A stretch of DNA of 64,000 nucleotides, taken from assembly GCA_965140585.1 (NCBI GenBank), contig OZ223269.1:896001-960000 (forward strand), in the 5' to 3' direction. Under the pieces are notes generated by a model that saw only the letters and a program-made list of their open reading frames with translations, made no database searches and was not told where the DNA came from. Source of the DNA: Spirochaetia bacterium (GTDB taxonomy: Bacteria; Spirochaetota; Spirochaetia; UBA9216). Both the position numbers and the translations under genes were made by a program. Of this stretch, positions 10,736-22,236 are shown piece after piece. Numbering within the stretch: position 1 is the stretch's first letter; each line of letters begins with the position of its first letter.

Positions 10736-10749
10736 TGAACATATGCTCA
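10736..10749. promoter_or_regulatory. Putative operator upstream of the DUF134 operon
   Basis: Near-palindrome TGAACATATGCTCA about 40 bp upstream of the start codon. Confidence 0.4.
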
Positions 10750-10802
10750 TAATGCAAGAGCAATAAAACATTGCAGAGTGTTTTTATTAATATGTATCAG
10801 GC

Positions 10803-11990
10803 TTAAAGGCGTTCTTTAAGAACTTCAAAAATTTCCTGTGAATCAAGTTTTACAGGGTTTTTCTTGTTATCAGAAGCTTCAGCAATCTTTTTAAGATCTT
10901 CTGTTTTCAGCCCGTAATCGGAAAATCTGGGAATATTTAGACTTTCAGTCAGACCTTCAAGGATTCTGATTAATCTGGTACGTGATTCGGAAGGAAGCAT
11001 ATCATCACTGCCTGAAGCAATATTTCCAAGCGCCGAGAATTTAAGAAGATACGGTGATTCCGGCTCCACTCGTGCCAGCTTGTTAATAGTATGTTTCATT
11101 GAAGGAGCAAGCAGAGTACCGCATATGACCCCGTGTGGAATATCATAGAATCCGCCGGCAGGTCCGGCTATGCCGTGTACAAGAGCAAGTCCTGCATTCA
11201 GAAGCGCAAAACCGCTTATGAATGCAGCATATGCAATTTTCTCCCATGCTTTAGCAGCTTTTTCTTCAGATTCATTATTCCCGGTGATAACAGGAAGGGC
11301 TTCGAGGGCTAATTTAATAGCACCCGAAACATGCATATCGGTATAAAAATTTGAACTTGTTGATATGTAGGATTCAATAAGCTGTGATAAGGCATCCATA
11401 CCGCTGGAAGCTGCAACAGCTGAGGGACAGCTCATATAAAGTTCAGGATCAATTATTGCAATATCAGGTATATAGTTAAAATGTCTTAGAGATTTTTTGT
11501 AGCCTTTTGATCCTAAATTTGTAATTACTGCGTTGCAGCTGGCTTCACTTCCTGTCCCGGCAGTTGTTGGTACAGCAATAACAGGTACTTTTTGTCCGGT
11601 CGGTTTTTCAGTACCAACACCCTCGAGATAGTCGCTTATTTTTCCAGGCTGACTGAGCATTGCGCTGACTGCTTTTGCAGAATCAATAACGCTGCCGCCT
11701 CCGACAGCGCAGATAACATCAGGCTTGTTTTTCCTGTATTCTCCGGTAATTTCATCAATAACATCAGGAGATGGTTCACCAATTATCACTTCAGACGAAA
11801 CCTTTGCTCCTGTTCCCCGATATCCGGATATAATTTCGTCCAGCTTACCGCTGTCTTTCAGTGATTTACCGCCGGTAAGAAGCAGGACCTTTTCTCCAAA
11901 GAATGCGGCTTCTTCAGGTAATTTAATAATTGAACCCTTACTGAAGATTACTTTTTTATTGTTTACACAGTTAAAAGCAGAAACATTCAT
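10803..11990 (-). CDS. Iron-containing alcohol dehydrogenase
   Basis: GGGSVIDSAK, PTTAGTGSE, GMDALSQ, HG...HG metal motifs. Confidence 0.9.
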   Translation of the reverse strand: MNVSAFNCVNNKKVIFSKGSIIKLPEEAAFFGEKVLLLTGGKSLKDSGKLDEIISGYRGTGAKVSSEVIIGEPSPDVIDEITGEYRKNKPDVICAVGGGSVIDSAKAVSAMLSQPGKISDYLEGVGTEKPTGQKVPVIAVPTTAGTGSEASCNAVITNLGSKGYKKSLRHFNYIPDIAIIDPELYMSCPSAVAASSGMDALSQLIESYISTSSNFYTDMHVSGAIKLALEALPVITGNNESEEKAAKAWEKIAYAAFISGFALLNAGLALVHGIAGPAGGFYDIPHGVICGTLLAPSMKHTINKLARVEPESPYLLKFSALGNIASGSDDMLPSESRTRLIRILEGLTESLNIPRFSDYGLKTEDLKKIAEASDNKKNPVKLDSQEIFEVLKERL

Positions 11991-12108
11991 TTGGAAACTC
12001 CCTCTTCAAATTATCTCCAGTTATTTTAATTTATAAAGAAAAAAAAATATACTGAAAACCTGAAGAAAAAAGACTTGAACTCTGATGTATTTCCATTTAC
12101 TGTAACTT

Positions 12109-12411
12109 ATGCGTGAAGTCATTGAATCCATAATTGATGCAGAGAAAGAGGCTGAGAAAATGATTAGTGAAGCCAAAAACACTGCCATGGGTTTGATAAG
12201 TCAGGCTGAATCGGATGTTTCTATCGAAACAAGAAAACATCGTGAAACTGAAATTAAAAGGTTTAATCAGGAAGTACAAGTATTTGAAGAGTCGCGCAGT
12301 AAATTAATTCAGAAAGAACAGCATTGTGAAGTCAACATCCCTGATACTTCAAATATTACTGAAAAAATAATTAATAGGATTAAACAGACAGTTTTCGATC
12401 AGCAGCGTTAA
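12109..12411 (+). CDS. V/A-type ATPase subunit G/H-like
   Basis: Short coiled-coil protein (IIDAEKEAEKMISEA) heading the ATPase operon. Confidence 0.6.
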   Translation: MREVIESIIDAEKEAEKMISEAKNTAMGLISQAESDVSIETRKHRETEIKRFNQEVQVFEESRSKLIQKEQHCEVNIPDTSNITEKIINRIKQTVFDQQR

Positions 12412-12430
12412 AAGGGGATGAATCAGTAAA

Positions 12431-13501
12431 ATGAGTAAAACTGCTGTCGGCCGATATGCTTATATCAATGCGAAACTTCGTACTAGGCTCAGCAGTATTC
12501 TGTCTGATAATTTTACCGATGCTCTTATACATTCCGCAGATATTTCAGAAGCTGTAAAGATAGTCGCAGACAGCGGTTATCAGGGTGTTGCCGAAGTATG
12601 GCAGAATACCGCCGATATTCAGCTTGTTGAGTTTGAACTTTTTAAAAAACTGATTCATGAATATATTTTAATTCTTAAAAATACTGAAGAAGAAGTCAGT
12701 GATTTCTGCTCTGTACTTCTATATAAACCTGAAATTGAAAACCTTAAGAATACTGTGAGACTCTGGTATGGAAGCCATATTAAAGGTCGTCCAATAGAGT
12801 ACCGGTCAGGATATATCTATAAGAAAAAAATACATGAAGATATCAATTGGCTTTCTATTATTAATGCGGAATCCTTCGGAGATATAAAAGATATTCTCTC
12901 TAAAACCGCATATGGCAGTATTTTCTCTTCTAAAAACGATGATATAAACAGAAAATCCGGCCTTTTTGAATTTGAAACCGCACTTGACAGATTTTATTAT
13001 AAATCACTTATTGAAGCTTCTAAACAACTTCCCAGTAGAGATTCTGAAATTGTCAGAGATATAACAAGAACCGAGATAGATCTTCTGAACATAAGCTGGC
13101 TTGTAAGATACACTCATTTTTATAAACTCCAGACTGAAGATCTGAGAAATATTCTGCTTCCCGGCGGGCATGATCTTAATGCTGATCTGATAAATAATTT
13201 CATAAAGGGAGATACGGATAAACTGAATCCTGCTGAACTTTTAAGCCGCAGCTATCCGGAACTTTCCAGAATAAACATTTCCGAGAATCGAAACTTTTCA
13301 TCCCAGGCGATGCTATTTGAAAAACTGCTTTCAGAAACAAGGAAAAGATATTTTACTTCCATTCTTGCAGGATATCCATTTACAATAGGTACAGTACTTG
13401 TTTTTCTTTCTATGGTTGAACGGGAAGTGAAATTCATTTCATCTGTCTTAAGCGGTAAATATTATAAGTTAAATGATGATAAATTCAGGGAGTTTCTTTA
13501 A
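12431..13501 (+). CDS. atpC: V/A-type ATPase subunit C
   Basis: YAYINAKLR N-terminus, ETALDRFYY; operon context. Confidence 0.8.
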   Translation: MSKTAVGRYAYINAKLRTRLSSILSDNFTDALIHSADISEAVKIVADSGYQGVAEVWQNTADIQLVEFELFKKLIHEYILILKNTEEEVSDFCSVLLYKPEIENLKNTVRLWYGSHIKGRPIEYRSGYIYKKKIHEDINWLSIINAESFGDIKDILSKTAYGSIFSSKNDDINRKSGLFEFETALDRFYYKSLIEASKQLPSRDSEIVRDITRTEIDLLNISWLVRYTHFYKLQTEDLRNILLPGGHDLNADLINNFIKGDTDKLNPAELLSRSYPELSRINISENRNFSSQAMLFEKLLSETRKRYFTSILAGYPFTIGTVLVFLSMVEREVKFISSVLSGKYYKLNDDKFREFL

Positions 13502-15504
13502 TGAGTTTATTTACATCAAAGATGAGCCTTCTTACTGCTGTGGTAAGTGAAGAAAAGTCTGAAAAAGTAACAGCTCAGCTTTTAAAACTGGGTGTCATTG
13601 ATTTTATCAAGGTTTCAAGTGTCCCTGAAATTGCTGAAATAGAATTAAAAAACACCGGAGTGAGTTCCGAAAGACTGAAAATAAGTGATTTACGAAAAAA
13701 AATTGAAAGTATCTATTCACAGACTAAACTTCCGTCATTGTATGATATTGAATTGAGTGTTGAACAGATAGAACCGCTGGATCTGGAGTCTTGTGTTCAA
13801 AGTATTGATTTAATCAACAATGAAATTAACAAAAGAAGAGAAGAACTGAAAGCCCTTAATCAGGAACTGATGAAAATTGAGGAAGTTTCAGAATACTTTA
13901 ACTCAAATGATAATGATTCAAAATCAACTGGCGGGAAATTCCTTGCTGTACTGAGAGGCCGCCCATCGAAAACCTCTCTTGAAATTTTTGAAGCAGGTTT
14001 TGAAAGTTATCCTCACATGCTATACCGGATACCTGAATCAGATGATTGTGTGCTGCTTGTTCTTAAACGTGATATAAAACCTGTAAACGGGCTGCTTGAA
14101 AAATACGGATGGATAGAATCCGAGACTCAGCCTGTGGGCAGAAAAGAAAACGATGCTGTTTCCGAAAAGATCAGTAATCAGGAACTTGATATCAAGGAAA
14201 AAATGGAATCTGTTAAAAAATCTATCACTACCTTCATCAGTGATAAGAGTCCTGAACTTACATCTCAATGGACAAATCTAAGACTTCATGAGCTTTACGG
14301 AATTATCAGAGAGAATTATTCACATACAAAAAAAACAAGCCTCTTTTCAGGCTGGCTTCCTGCTGATAAGGCTGATGACATTGAAACTGTAATAAGAAAA
14401 ACATCTGATGACCAATGTTATATTGAGTGGTCAGAAACCTCTGATTTTGATAAAAGCCGTATCCCTGTTGAAATAAATCATTCTAAAGTTTTACAGCCGT
14501 TCAGAATGCTGGTAACAAATTATGCCACTCCTGAATACGGTGCGGTTGATCCGACAATATTTGTTGCTGTAGCCTATACCATTATGTTCGGGCTTATGTT
14601 CGGCGATGCCGGGCAGGGCCTGGTTATTATGCTGATAGGGCTGCTTGGTAAAAGACTTTTTAAAAACGTGACAGAAGGAATTAAAAATCTCATGCAGCTT
14701 TTTATTTACTGTGGGAGTGCTTCAATAGTTACCGGAATTCTTTTCGGCAGCTATTTCGGAAATGCCCTGTTTCCTCCGCTGTGGTTTGATTATCACGGAA
14801 TAGTTTCAGGGCATCACGCTGAAGCAGGCAGCAGTATTCAGAATGTTTATGATATTTTGAAGATAACCATCTATTTCGGTATAAGCGTTATCTTTCTTGG
14901 GCTTATCCTAAACTGGATAAACCTGATAAAAAAGAAATATTTCTTTACTCTGCTTCTTGATAAGTCAGGAATACTTGGCGGATGGTTTTATGGTTTTGGA
15001 GTCTATACGTCATTTTACTTTGTCGGAACGGGTTATAAATCTCTGCCGGAAGGTAATTTTATTCCGCTTGTATTCGGCATACCAGTACTGCTGCTGTTTA
15101 TCAAAGCACCTCTGAATTTCTATCTATATGAAAAAGGGCATAAGCAATTCACTCCGTTTACTATAATTGATTTTGTAATGGAGTGGATTGTCGAGCTACT
15201 GGAAATTTTTTCGGGCTATCTGGCAAACACGCTATCATTTATGAGGGTTGCAGGTTTGGGTATTGCACATGTAAGTCTGATGACAGCATTCTCTGCTATT
15301 GCAGCGATGACCGGCGGAGGACTAGGAGCTATAATAATTCTTATACTGGGAAACATCCTGGTAATTGCCCTTGAGGGGCTTTCTGCAGGTATTCAGGCCT
15401 TAAGGCTTAATTATTATGAATTTTTTTCAAGGTATTTTACCGGAAAGGGCGTAGCCTATAATCCGGTTTCTCTGAAGAATAGAAACTCTGGAGGGAGTAA
15501 ATGA
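13501..15504 (+). CDS. atpI: V/A-type ATPase subunit I (a)
   Basis: FGLMFGDAGQG, NTLSFMR, IQALRLNYYEFFSRYF. Confidence 0.92.
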   Translation: MSLFTSKMSLLTAVVSEEKSEKVTAQLLKLGVIDFIKVSSVPEIAEIELKNTGVSSERLKISDLRKKIESIYSQTKLPSLYDIELSVEQIEPLDLESCVQSIDLINNEINKRREELKALNQELMKIEEVSEYFNSNDNDSKSTGGKFLAVLRGRPSKTSLEIFEAGFESYPHMLYRIPESDDCVLLVLKRDIKPVNGLLEKYGWIESETQPVGRKENDAVSEKISNQELDIKEKMESVKKSITTFISDKSPELTSQWTNLRLHELYGIIRENYSHTKKTSLFSGWLPADKADDIETVIRKTSDDQCYIEWSETSDFDKSRIPVEINHSKVLQPFRMLVTNYATPEYGAVDPTIFVAVAYTIMFGLMFGDAGQGLVIMLIGLLGKRLFKNVTEGIKNLMQLFIYCGSASIVTGILFGSYFGNALFPPLWFDYHGIVSGHHAEAGSSIQNVYDILKITIYFGISVIFLGLILNWINLIKKKYFFTLLLDKSGILGGWFYGFGVYTSFYFVGTGYKSLPEGNFIPLVFGIPVLLLFIKAPLNFYLYEKGHKQFTPFTIIDFVMEWIVELLEIFSGYLANTLSFMRVAGLGIAHVSLMTAFSAIAAMTGGGLGAIIILILGNILVIALEGLSAGIQALRLNYYEFFSRYFTGKGVAYNPVSLKNRNSGGSK

Positions 15505-15848
15505 GCGAAAAACAAAATTTTAAAAGAAAGGTAACATTCAGTGTTGTATTCTTAACGGTCTTCCTAATTATTTTTTTCTTTGCCGGTCCGGTAAGTGTAT
15601 TTGCTGAAGATACAAATGATGCTTCAAGCTCCTCATCTCTGCAATGGGCTCTTATAGCGGCTGCTGTGGCTTTCGGGTTCGGAGCTATCGGAGCAGGAAT
15701 TGCGATTGCAAATGTAGGAGCGGCGGCCATGGGCGCTATAGGTGAAAAGCCGGAACTGGCCTCTCAGGCTCTTATCTTTATAGCTCTTGCAGAGGGCCTT
15801 GTCGTATTCGGTTTTATTACAGCACTTATGATACTCGGAAAGGTTTGA
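15501..15848 (+). CDS. atpK: V/A-type ATPase proteolipid subunit K (c), single hairpin with N-terminal leader
   Basis: GAIGAGIAIA...EKPE...ALAEGL conserved Glu. Confidence 0.88.
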   Translation: MSEKQNFKRKVTFSVVFLTVFLIIFFFAGPVSVFAEDTNDASSSSSLQWALIAAAVAFGFGAIGAGIAIANVGAAAMGAIGEKPELASQALIFIALAEGLVVFGFITALMILGKV

Positions 15849-15863
15849 CGGTAACAAACCCGG

Positions 15864-16169
15864 ATGAATTATTTTATCATCGGTGATGAGGATACCGTTC
15901 TTGGATTTGAACTTGCAGGAGTAAGCGGAAAGGCGGTAAGAAACCAATCCGAAGCACTTGAGGTTTTTAACGAAGCCCTTCAGAACAAGGAATACGGAAT
16001 TATCATTATCACTGAAAATACAGCTGATATGATTCGTGAAGTTGTAGACAGGTATCTGTTTTCAGCAAAATTCCCTCTGATAGTAGAGATTCCCGGTAGC
16101 CGCGGCCGAAAGGAAGGCCGGAGGGATCTTCGTACGCTGGTTAATGAAGCCATCGGAATAAAATTGTAA
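15864..16169 (+). CDS. atpF: V/A-type ATPase subunit F
   Basis: IGDEDTVLGFELAG, PLIVEIP, AIGIKL. Confidence 0.9.
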   Translation: MNYFIIGDEDTVLGFELAGVSGKAVRNQSEALEVFNEALQNKEYGIIIITENTADMIREVVDRYLFSAKFPLIVEIPGSRGRKEGRRDLRTLVNEAIGIKL

Positions 16170-16173
16170 AGAT

Positions 16174-16800
16174 ATGTCTGAAAATAAAATTATACAGAAA
16201 ATTCTTGAAGACGCGGAAAATGAAAAAAGCCGAATAATCAGTGAGGCAAATGAACGAGCTTCAATCATCCGAGGCGGAACAGGAACACAGATCTCCCGAA
16301 TCACTGCAGAGACCGATGAGAAGATATCTAAAAAGATTAAGCTGATAGAGATGCAGACTGAATCTGTAATAGAGGCGGAACGGCGTAAAACCATACTGAA
16401 AAAACGTGAACAGATTTATTTAAAATCTATTGCCGAGGTTAAAGAGCACTTTTTAGAAATTATAAATAAACAAGAGTTTGAAAACATTCTTTGTGCCTGG
16501 ATCGCTGAAGGCTGTATATCTGTTGATTATCCTGAGATGTATATCAGAAGCAGCCGGAACATATTTTTATCAGACGAAATAATTCAAAAGTCCGTTGAGA
16601 AAGTTGAGAAATATACCGGAAAGGATATTCTGCTTAAATCGGATCAAAAAAATTATCTTTTTGAAAACGGTATTAGCGTTCTGTCATCTGATATGAGGGT
16701 TTCGTATACTAATACAGTTGAATCCAGGATAAGACGTTTTAAAGATGATATTAACCGGATAATTTCAAGCGACCTCGAAAAGGAGAGGCTTCAGAAATGA
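16174..16800 (+). CDS. atpE: V/A-type ATPase subunit E
   Basis: IIQKILEDAE coiled-coil N-terminus; position between F and A. Confidence 0.75.
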   Translation: MSENKIIQKILEDAENEKSRIISEANERASIIRGGTGTQISRITAETDEKISKKIKLIEMQTESVIEAERRKTILKKREQIYLKSIAEVKEHFLEIINKQEFENILCAWIAEGCISVDYPEMYIRSSRNIFLSDEIIQKSVEKVEKYTGKDILLKSDQKNYLFENGISVLSSDMRVSYTNTVESRIRRFKDDINRIISSDLEKERLQK

Positions 16801-18575
16801 TGGACAGAATAATCGGGCAGGTAAAGCGGGTAAACGGACCTGTTATTGAAGCAGATAATATAACAGATGCCATGATGATGGAACTTGTACGAGTAGGAGA
16901 AGGCCGGCTTGTCGGTGAAATTGTAAAACTATACGGAAATACAGCAGTTGTACAGGTTTATGAAGACACGACTGGCATTAAACCCGGAGACAATGTTTTC
17001 GGCAGCGGGATGCCTCTTTCAGTTGAACTTGGACCCGGACTTATCGGAACTATCTACGACGGTATTCAGCGTCCTCTTGAGGCTTTACGCGAGGCCAGTG
17101 GAGAGTTTATTGAACGGGGTATAACCAGACCGGCTCTCAACAAGGAAAAGCAATGGGAGTTTATTCCCGCTTTGGGTTTAAAATCCGGTGACAATATAGT
17201 TGCCGGCTCAGTCCTCGGTACAGTCCAGGAGACAGAGAGAGTTCTTCATAAAATTCTGCTGCCGTCCGGAATGGAAGGTGAACTGGTAAGAGTGTCAGTA
17301 CAGGGACTTTATAATATTGAGGATACCATTGCAGTAGTCAAAAAAAATGATGGAAGCGAGGCTGAGGTTTCTATGCTGCAGCGCTGGCCGATACGAAAAC
17401 CCCGACCTGTAAAATCAAGACAGCCTCTAAATATCCCGCTTGTAACAGGACAGCGGGTAATTGATACTCTCTTTCCGCTTGCAAAAGGCGGGACTGTAGC
17501 AATTCCCGGAGGATTTGGAACCGGAAAGACAATGACTCAGCATGCGATCGCAAAATGGTGTGATGCTGATATTATTGTCTACATTGGCTGCGGTGAACGC
17601 GGCAATGAAATGACTGATGTTCTTATGGAGTTTCCCGAGCTTATTGACCCGCGAACAGGAATGTCACTTATGGAGCGGACAATCCTTATTGCAAATACCA
17701 GCAATATGCCGGTTTCAGCTCGTGAAGCCAGTATATACACAGGGGTTACGCTTGCAGAGTATTACAGAGATCAGGGCTACCATGTAGCCATAATGGCAGA
17801 CTCTACATCAAGATGGGCCGAAGCTCTGCGTGAACTTTCAGGACGAATGGAGGAAATGCCTGCTGAAGAAGGGTTCCCCGCATATCTGCCTACAAGAATT
17901 GCAGAGTTTTATGAAAGAGCCGGATACATGAAAACTCTTAATGATGAAGAAGGTTCGGTTACCATTATCGGTGCCGTATCTCCGCCGGGCGGTGATTTTT
18001 CTGAACCGGTCACACAGCATACCAAACGTTTTGTACGGTGTTTCTGGGGACTGGATCGCCAGCTGGCAAACGCAAGACATTATCCGGCTATAGGTTGGCT
18101 AGATTCTTACAGCGAATATATTGATGATGTTGCTTCGTGGTGGGAGGATAAATCTGAAACATCATGGGTTCACAACAGAAACGAAATAATGGAGCTGCTT
18201 CAGAAGGAGGTAAGGCTACAGCAGGTTGTAAAACTTGTAGGACCTGACGCTCTTCCTGACAGTCAGAGATTTATTATTGAAGTCTGCACTCTATTCAAGA
18301 ACGCCTTTTTGCAGCAGAACGCTTTTGATGATATCGACAGATATTCTACAGTTGAAAAACAAATCAAGATGCTTGAAATAATTCTTGAATACAGCCGCAG
18401 AGGAAGTGACGCAATTAAAAAAGGAATTACAATTCTGAAGCTTAGGCATATGAAAGTTGTTCAGGATATTGCCCGGATGAAATTCAATGTTTCAAATGAA
18501 AATACAAAGGCTCTGGATAAACTTCAGGTAAAACTTGAGAGGGCGATGGATCAGCTGGAGAGTATTTATGAATGA
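16797..18575 (+). CDS. atpA: V/A-type ATPase subunit A
   Basis: [42 protein letters not shown]. Confidence 0.97.
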   Translation: MMDRIIGQVKRVNGPVIEADNITDAMMMELVRVGEGRLVGEIVKLYGNTAVVQVYEDTTGIKPGDNVFGSGMPLSVELGPGLIGTIYDGIQRPLEALREASGEFIERGITRPALNKEKQWEFIPALGLKSGDNIVAGSVLGTVQETERVLHKILLPSGMEGELVRVSVQGLYNIEDTIAVVKKNDGSEAEVSMLQRWPIRKPRPVKSRQPLNIPLVTGQRVIDTLFPLAKGGTVAIPGGFGTGKTMTQHAIAKWCDADIIVYIGCGERGNEMTDVLMEFPELIDPRTGMSLMERTILIANTSNMPVSAREASIYTGVTLAEYYRDQGYHVAIMADSTSRWAEALRELSGRMEEMPAEEGFPAYLPTRIAEFYERAGYMKTLNDEEGSVTIIGAVSPPGGDFSEPVTQHTKRFVRCFWGLDRQLANARHYPAIGWLDSYSEYIDDVASWWEDKSETSWVHNRNEIMELLQKEVRLQQVVKLVGPDALPDSQRFIIEVCTLFKNAFLQQNAFDDIDRYSTVEKQIKMLEIILEYSRRGSDAIKKGITILKLRHMKVVQDIARMKFNVSNENTKALDKLQVKLERAMDQLESIYE

Positions 18576-19974
18576 TTTAAACAGCATAGAAAAACAACTA
18601 CTTGCAGGAAGAGAATATTCCGGTGTGAATCAGATAGAAGGTCCGCTTGTTTATATAAAAAATACGCATCCGGTAGGATACCAGGAACTTGTAGAATGTG
18701 TTGATAAAGAAGGAAACATCAGAACAGGACTGGTACTGGATACTTCAAATGATGCTGTCGTAGTCCAGATTTTTGAAGGAACTTCGGGACTTACACTGCC
18801 TGACACGAAGATACGCTTCATGGGTGAACCGCTATCGATAGGCGTCTCAGAATCGATGCTCGGCCGTGTTTTTAACGGTCTGGGTAAGCCTATTGACGGC
18901 GGAGGCACCCCCGGTTCTGACGATGTGCTGAATGTAAACGGCAGGCCGATCAACCCGACAGCCCGTGAATATCCACGCGATTTTATTCAAACCGGTATTT
19001 CTATAATAGATGGAATGACCACTCTCATACGTGGACAAAAACTGCCAATTTTCAGCGGTAACGGACTGCCTCATAACGAGCTTGCCGCACAGATTGCCAG
19101 GCAGGCTAAAATTAAAGGCGGAACCTCAAACTTTGCTGTTGTTTTTGCTGCTATGGGAGTTAAGCATGATGTAGCAAGATTCTTTATAAAAAGCTTTGAG
19201 GAAACCGGTGTACTCGCAAATGTAGCACTCTTTCTTTCACTTGCTGATGACCCGTCAATAGAACGTACAATTACACCCCGAACAGCACTTACTCTTGCCG
19301 AACATCTTGCCTTTACAAAAGGAATGCATGTACTTGTTATAATGACGGACATGACAAACTACTGCGAATCTCTTCGGGAAATTTCAACGCTTCGCGGCGA
19401 AATCCCTTCACGTAAAGGATACCCAGGCTACCTGTATTCAGATCTTGCAGAGATATATGAAAGATCCGGAATGCTGAAAGGCTATTCAGGTTCAATCACT
19501 CAGCTTCCTATTCTTACCATGCCGAATGACGATATAAGCCATCCGGTTCCTGATCTTTCAGGGTACATTACAGAAGGTCAGATTGTATTTGAACGGGAGA
19601 TGTACAGCAGAGGAATCTATCCGCCTGTTGCAGGGCTTCCATCGTTATCAAGGCTGATGAAAGACGGTATAGGGGATGGAATGACACGTGAAGATCATCC
19701 GCATCTTTCTAATCAGCTTTTTGCTTCGTACAGTTATGTTAAGGACGTGCGTAACCTTGCATCGGTAATCGGTGAAGAGGAGCTTACCCCGCTTGACCAC
19801 CAATATCTTGAGTTCGGTGAATACTTTGAAAGAAATTTTGTAAATCAGGGATACCATGATGATCGCAGCATTGAAGAAACCCTAGACATAGGATGGCAGG
19901 CTCTTTCCAGGCTTCCGGCGGAAGAACTTCATCGTGTTACCGAAGATGAAATTGATGACTACTACAAAGGATAA
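18568..19974 (+). CDS. atpB: V/A-type ATPase subunit B
   Basis: [36 protein letters not shown]; ATG at 18568. Confidence 0.96.
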   Translation: MNDLNSIEKQLLAGREYSGVNQIEGPLVYIKNTHPVGYQELVECVDKEGNIRTGLVLDTSNDAVVVQIFEGTSGLTLPDTKIRFMGEPLSIGVSESMLGRVFNGLGKPIDGGGTPGSDDVLNVNGRPINPTAREYPRDFIQTGISIIDGMTTLIRGQKLPIFSGNGLPHNELAAQIARQAKIKGGTSNFAVVFAAMGVKHDVARFFIKSFEETGVLANVALFLSLADDPSIERTITPRTALTLAEHLAFTKGMHVLVIMTDMTNYCESLREISTLRGEIPSRKGYPGYLYSDLAEIYERSGMLKGYSGSITQLPILTMPNDDISHPVPDLSGYITEGQIVFEREMYSRGIYPPVAGLPSLSRLMKDGIGDGMTREDHPHLSNQLFASYSYVKDVRNLASVIGEEELTPLDHQYLEFGEYFERNFVNQGYHDDRSIEETLDIGWQALSRLPAEELHRVTEDEIDDYYKG

Positions 19975-20613
19975 ATGAGCAAAAACATAGCACCTACAAG
20001 ATCCAATTTGATGAAACTCAAAGAAGAACTGAAGTTCGCTGAACTTGGATATGAACTGCTTGATCAGAAAAGAAACATTCTTGTTATTGAACTGCTGAAT
20101 CTTGTCGATCAGGCTGTAGAATATGAAACAAGGGTAAATGATTCTCTCAGTCAGGCTTATAGCAGCCTTGAGGACGCTGTAATGGAAATGGGTAAACTTA
20201 AAATAGGGAACCTGACCGGAGCCATAGATATTACCAGTAATATTAAACTTAAAGAGCGACGGGTAATGGGAGTTCGGCTTCCGGTTGTAAATACCGAGTT
20301 TATTGATAACGGACCGTACTTCAGTCCGCTAGGCACAAGCTATTTAATTGAAGATGCTCTGGATAATTTCAAGGAAGCATTAAAATTGATGGGTAGAATG
20401 GCAGAGCTGAAAGTATCTATTATGCGACTGGCCCAGGAAGTAAAAAAAACTATCAGAAAAGTAAATGCACTTGAAAAAATCGCTATACCTGATCTAAAAG
20501 AATCAATCCAGTTTACTATAAGCCGTCTTGAAGAAGCAGAAAGAGAGAGTTTTCTATTGATGAAGATGGTTAAAAGCCGTCTGGAAAAGAAAAAGCAGCT
20601 TGAAAATAAATGA
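19975..20613 (+). CDS. atpD: V/A-type ATPase subunit D
   Basis: PTRSNL, GYELLDQKR, RKVNALEK. Confidence 0.93.
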   Translation: MSKNIAPTRSNLMKLKEELKFAELGYELLDQKRNILVIELLNLVDQAVEYETRVNDSLSQAYSSLEDAVMEMGKLKIGNLTGAIDITSNIKLKERRVMGVRLPVVNTEFIDNGPYFSPLGTSYLIEDALDNFKEALKLMGRMAELKVSIMRLAQEVKKTIRKVNALEKIAIPDLKESIQFTISRLEEAERESFLLMKMVKSRLEKKKQLENK

Positions 20614-20642
20614 TGAGTTATATGTAAAAAGGTACAAATCAT

Positions 20643-21902
20643 TTAAATATTATCAAGTGGACTTTGTACCCCGAGTTTGTTCTTATTTGTCACATGTGTG
20701 TAGATCATCGTTGTACTAAGATCAGAATGACCAAGAAGTTCCTGAACCGTTCGGATATCATATCCTGATTCTATCAGATTAGTCGCAAAACTGTGTCTGA
20801 GAGAATGTACGCTTGCCTGTTTTGTTATGCCTGCCTGCAATACTGCTGAATGAAAGGCTTTTTGCAATGTGGAAGGATAGATATGAAATCTTCTGATCAC
20901 CTGAGAAAATGGATCAACAGAAAGATGATGAGAAGGAAACACCCAGAACCATATCCAGGATTTAGAAGCATTACTATATTTGGAGGATAAAGCCTGAGGC
21001 ATCATAACGCCTTCACAACCAGAAGAACGATCCTTTTCATAAATCTTCCTTATCCCTTCCAGATGGACTTTAAGTTCTGATATTAGGGATTCGGGAAGCA
21101 ATGTCAACCGATCTTTATTGCCCTTACCAGAGCGGATGTGAATAAACTTTCCGTTAAAATCTATATCCTTTACTCGTAATGAGAGACATTCCTTTAAACG
21201 CATACCACTGCCGAAAATCAGTTTAGACATAAGTTTGTTTGTGCCATCCATGTAACTGAATATCTTAGAAATTTCTTCTATCGTAAGTACTACAGGTAAT
21301 TTGGGATGCCTTTTAGAAAGCTTTATATCCTTAATATTAATTTCATCGATGCTGTATACGCTTCTTGCAAAAAATAGAATAGCGTTGAAAGCCTGCTTTT
21401 GTGTATTTACAGAAATCCGCCTAGTTGAAGCGAGAGTTTGAATATATTTGATAAAATCCTGCTCATAAACATTATCAGGGACAGCATCAGTATGTTTTAT
21501 AAAGTCTTTTACCCACCATTGATATGATTTTTCAGTCTGTAATGATCTATGTTTTAAACGTAGCTGAATTCGGTTTTCCTCAATTTTTGATAACCATTCC
21601 GGCTTAATATCAATAAAATTATTTTGTTCCAATTTGATTTCAATAGAATTGAATTTGAAGTATTTCAGTACAGCATCTTCAGCCTGAATAAGCTGCCAAT
21701 CTTCAAGTTTTGAATCTAATTTAAGGTCATCTATAAAAGTTTTATACGAATAGTCCTCTGACTGTTTCTTTTTTTTAAACGATAAAAATTTACTAACCCA
21801 ATAACAGTAGTATGGGTATACCTTAGCCGGAAGAGAAGTATAGCTTCTGAGATACCCTGTATAAGCATCCAAATTAGCAGATTTATTTTTTGATTCTTTC
21901 AT
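20643..21902 (-). CDS. intI: Integron integrase (tyrosine recombinase) with N-terminal extension
   Basis: Catalytic R (GMRLKE), K (GKGNKDR), HSLRH, LGH and Y (TMIYTH) all intact; integron-specific insert [16 protein letters not shown]...DP...RRFH; adjacent to an attC array. Confidence 0.95.
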   Translation of the reverse strand: MKESKNKSANLDAYTGYLRSYTSLPAKVYPYYCYWVSKFLSFKKKKQSEDYSYKTFIDDLKLDSKLEDWQLIQAEDAVLKYFKFNSIEIKLEQNNFIDIKPEWLSKIEENRIQLRLKHRSLQTEKSYQWWVKDFIKHTDAVPDNVYEQDFIKYIQTLASTRRISVNTQKQAFNAILFFARSVYSIDEINIKDIKLSKRHPKLPVVLTIEEISKIFSYMDGTNKLMSKLIFGSGMRLKECLSLRVKDIDFNGKFIHIRSGKGNKDRLTLLPESLISELKVHLEGIRKIYEKDRSSGCEGVMMPQALSSKYSNASKSWIWFWVFPSHHLSVDPFSQVIRRFHIYPSTLQKAFHSAVLQAGITKQASVHSLRHSFATNLIESGYDIRTVQELLGHSDLSTTMIYTHVTNKNKLGVQSPLDNI

Positions 21903-22089
21903 GTATATTTAAACTGCTAAATTTTCTGATTGATTGAAAAATATTTTCAGGTGTATCCTATTATATATAACTTTATAGTTTTTAACGATTTTTTAGAGAT
22001 ATGCGGTATAACATTGCAATAGCGGAGTTATATGGAACTCAGGAACAAGAAATTTGGTTAGTTTAAGAGTTCTGTTATTTTTAAGATAT

Positions 22090-22133
22090 TTTTTTGTTAT
22101 ATAGAAAAATAGGGATCGAATATGTTATGTAGA
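22090..22133 (+). other. attI: attI site; crossover G|TT at 22124/22125
   Basis: GTTATGTAGA (22124-22133) is the exact reverse complement of TCTACATAAC (23942-23951) ending cassette 1; further TGTTAT repeats upstream. The left boundary is approximate. Confidence 0.75.
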
Positions 22134-22236
22134 ATTTAGGAATGATTATATGTTTTATAACGATTTGTCAATAAAAAAATTTAGATGTGTTATAGAAATT
22201 TATGCTAAAATATAAGAAAAGTGACATGAGGGGAAT

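Noticed and set aside
596-20642. Many short alternative-frame and antisense ORFs in the backbone
   Set aside because: They lie wholly within well-supported housekeeping genes and have no motifs.
21903-22123. Pc/Pint promoters and a LexA box
   Set aside because: Several AT-rich candidates exist, but none has convincing spacing and no recognisable SOS box is present.
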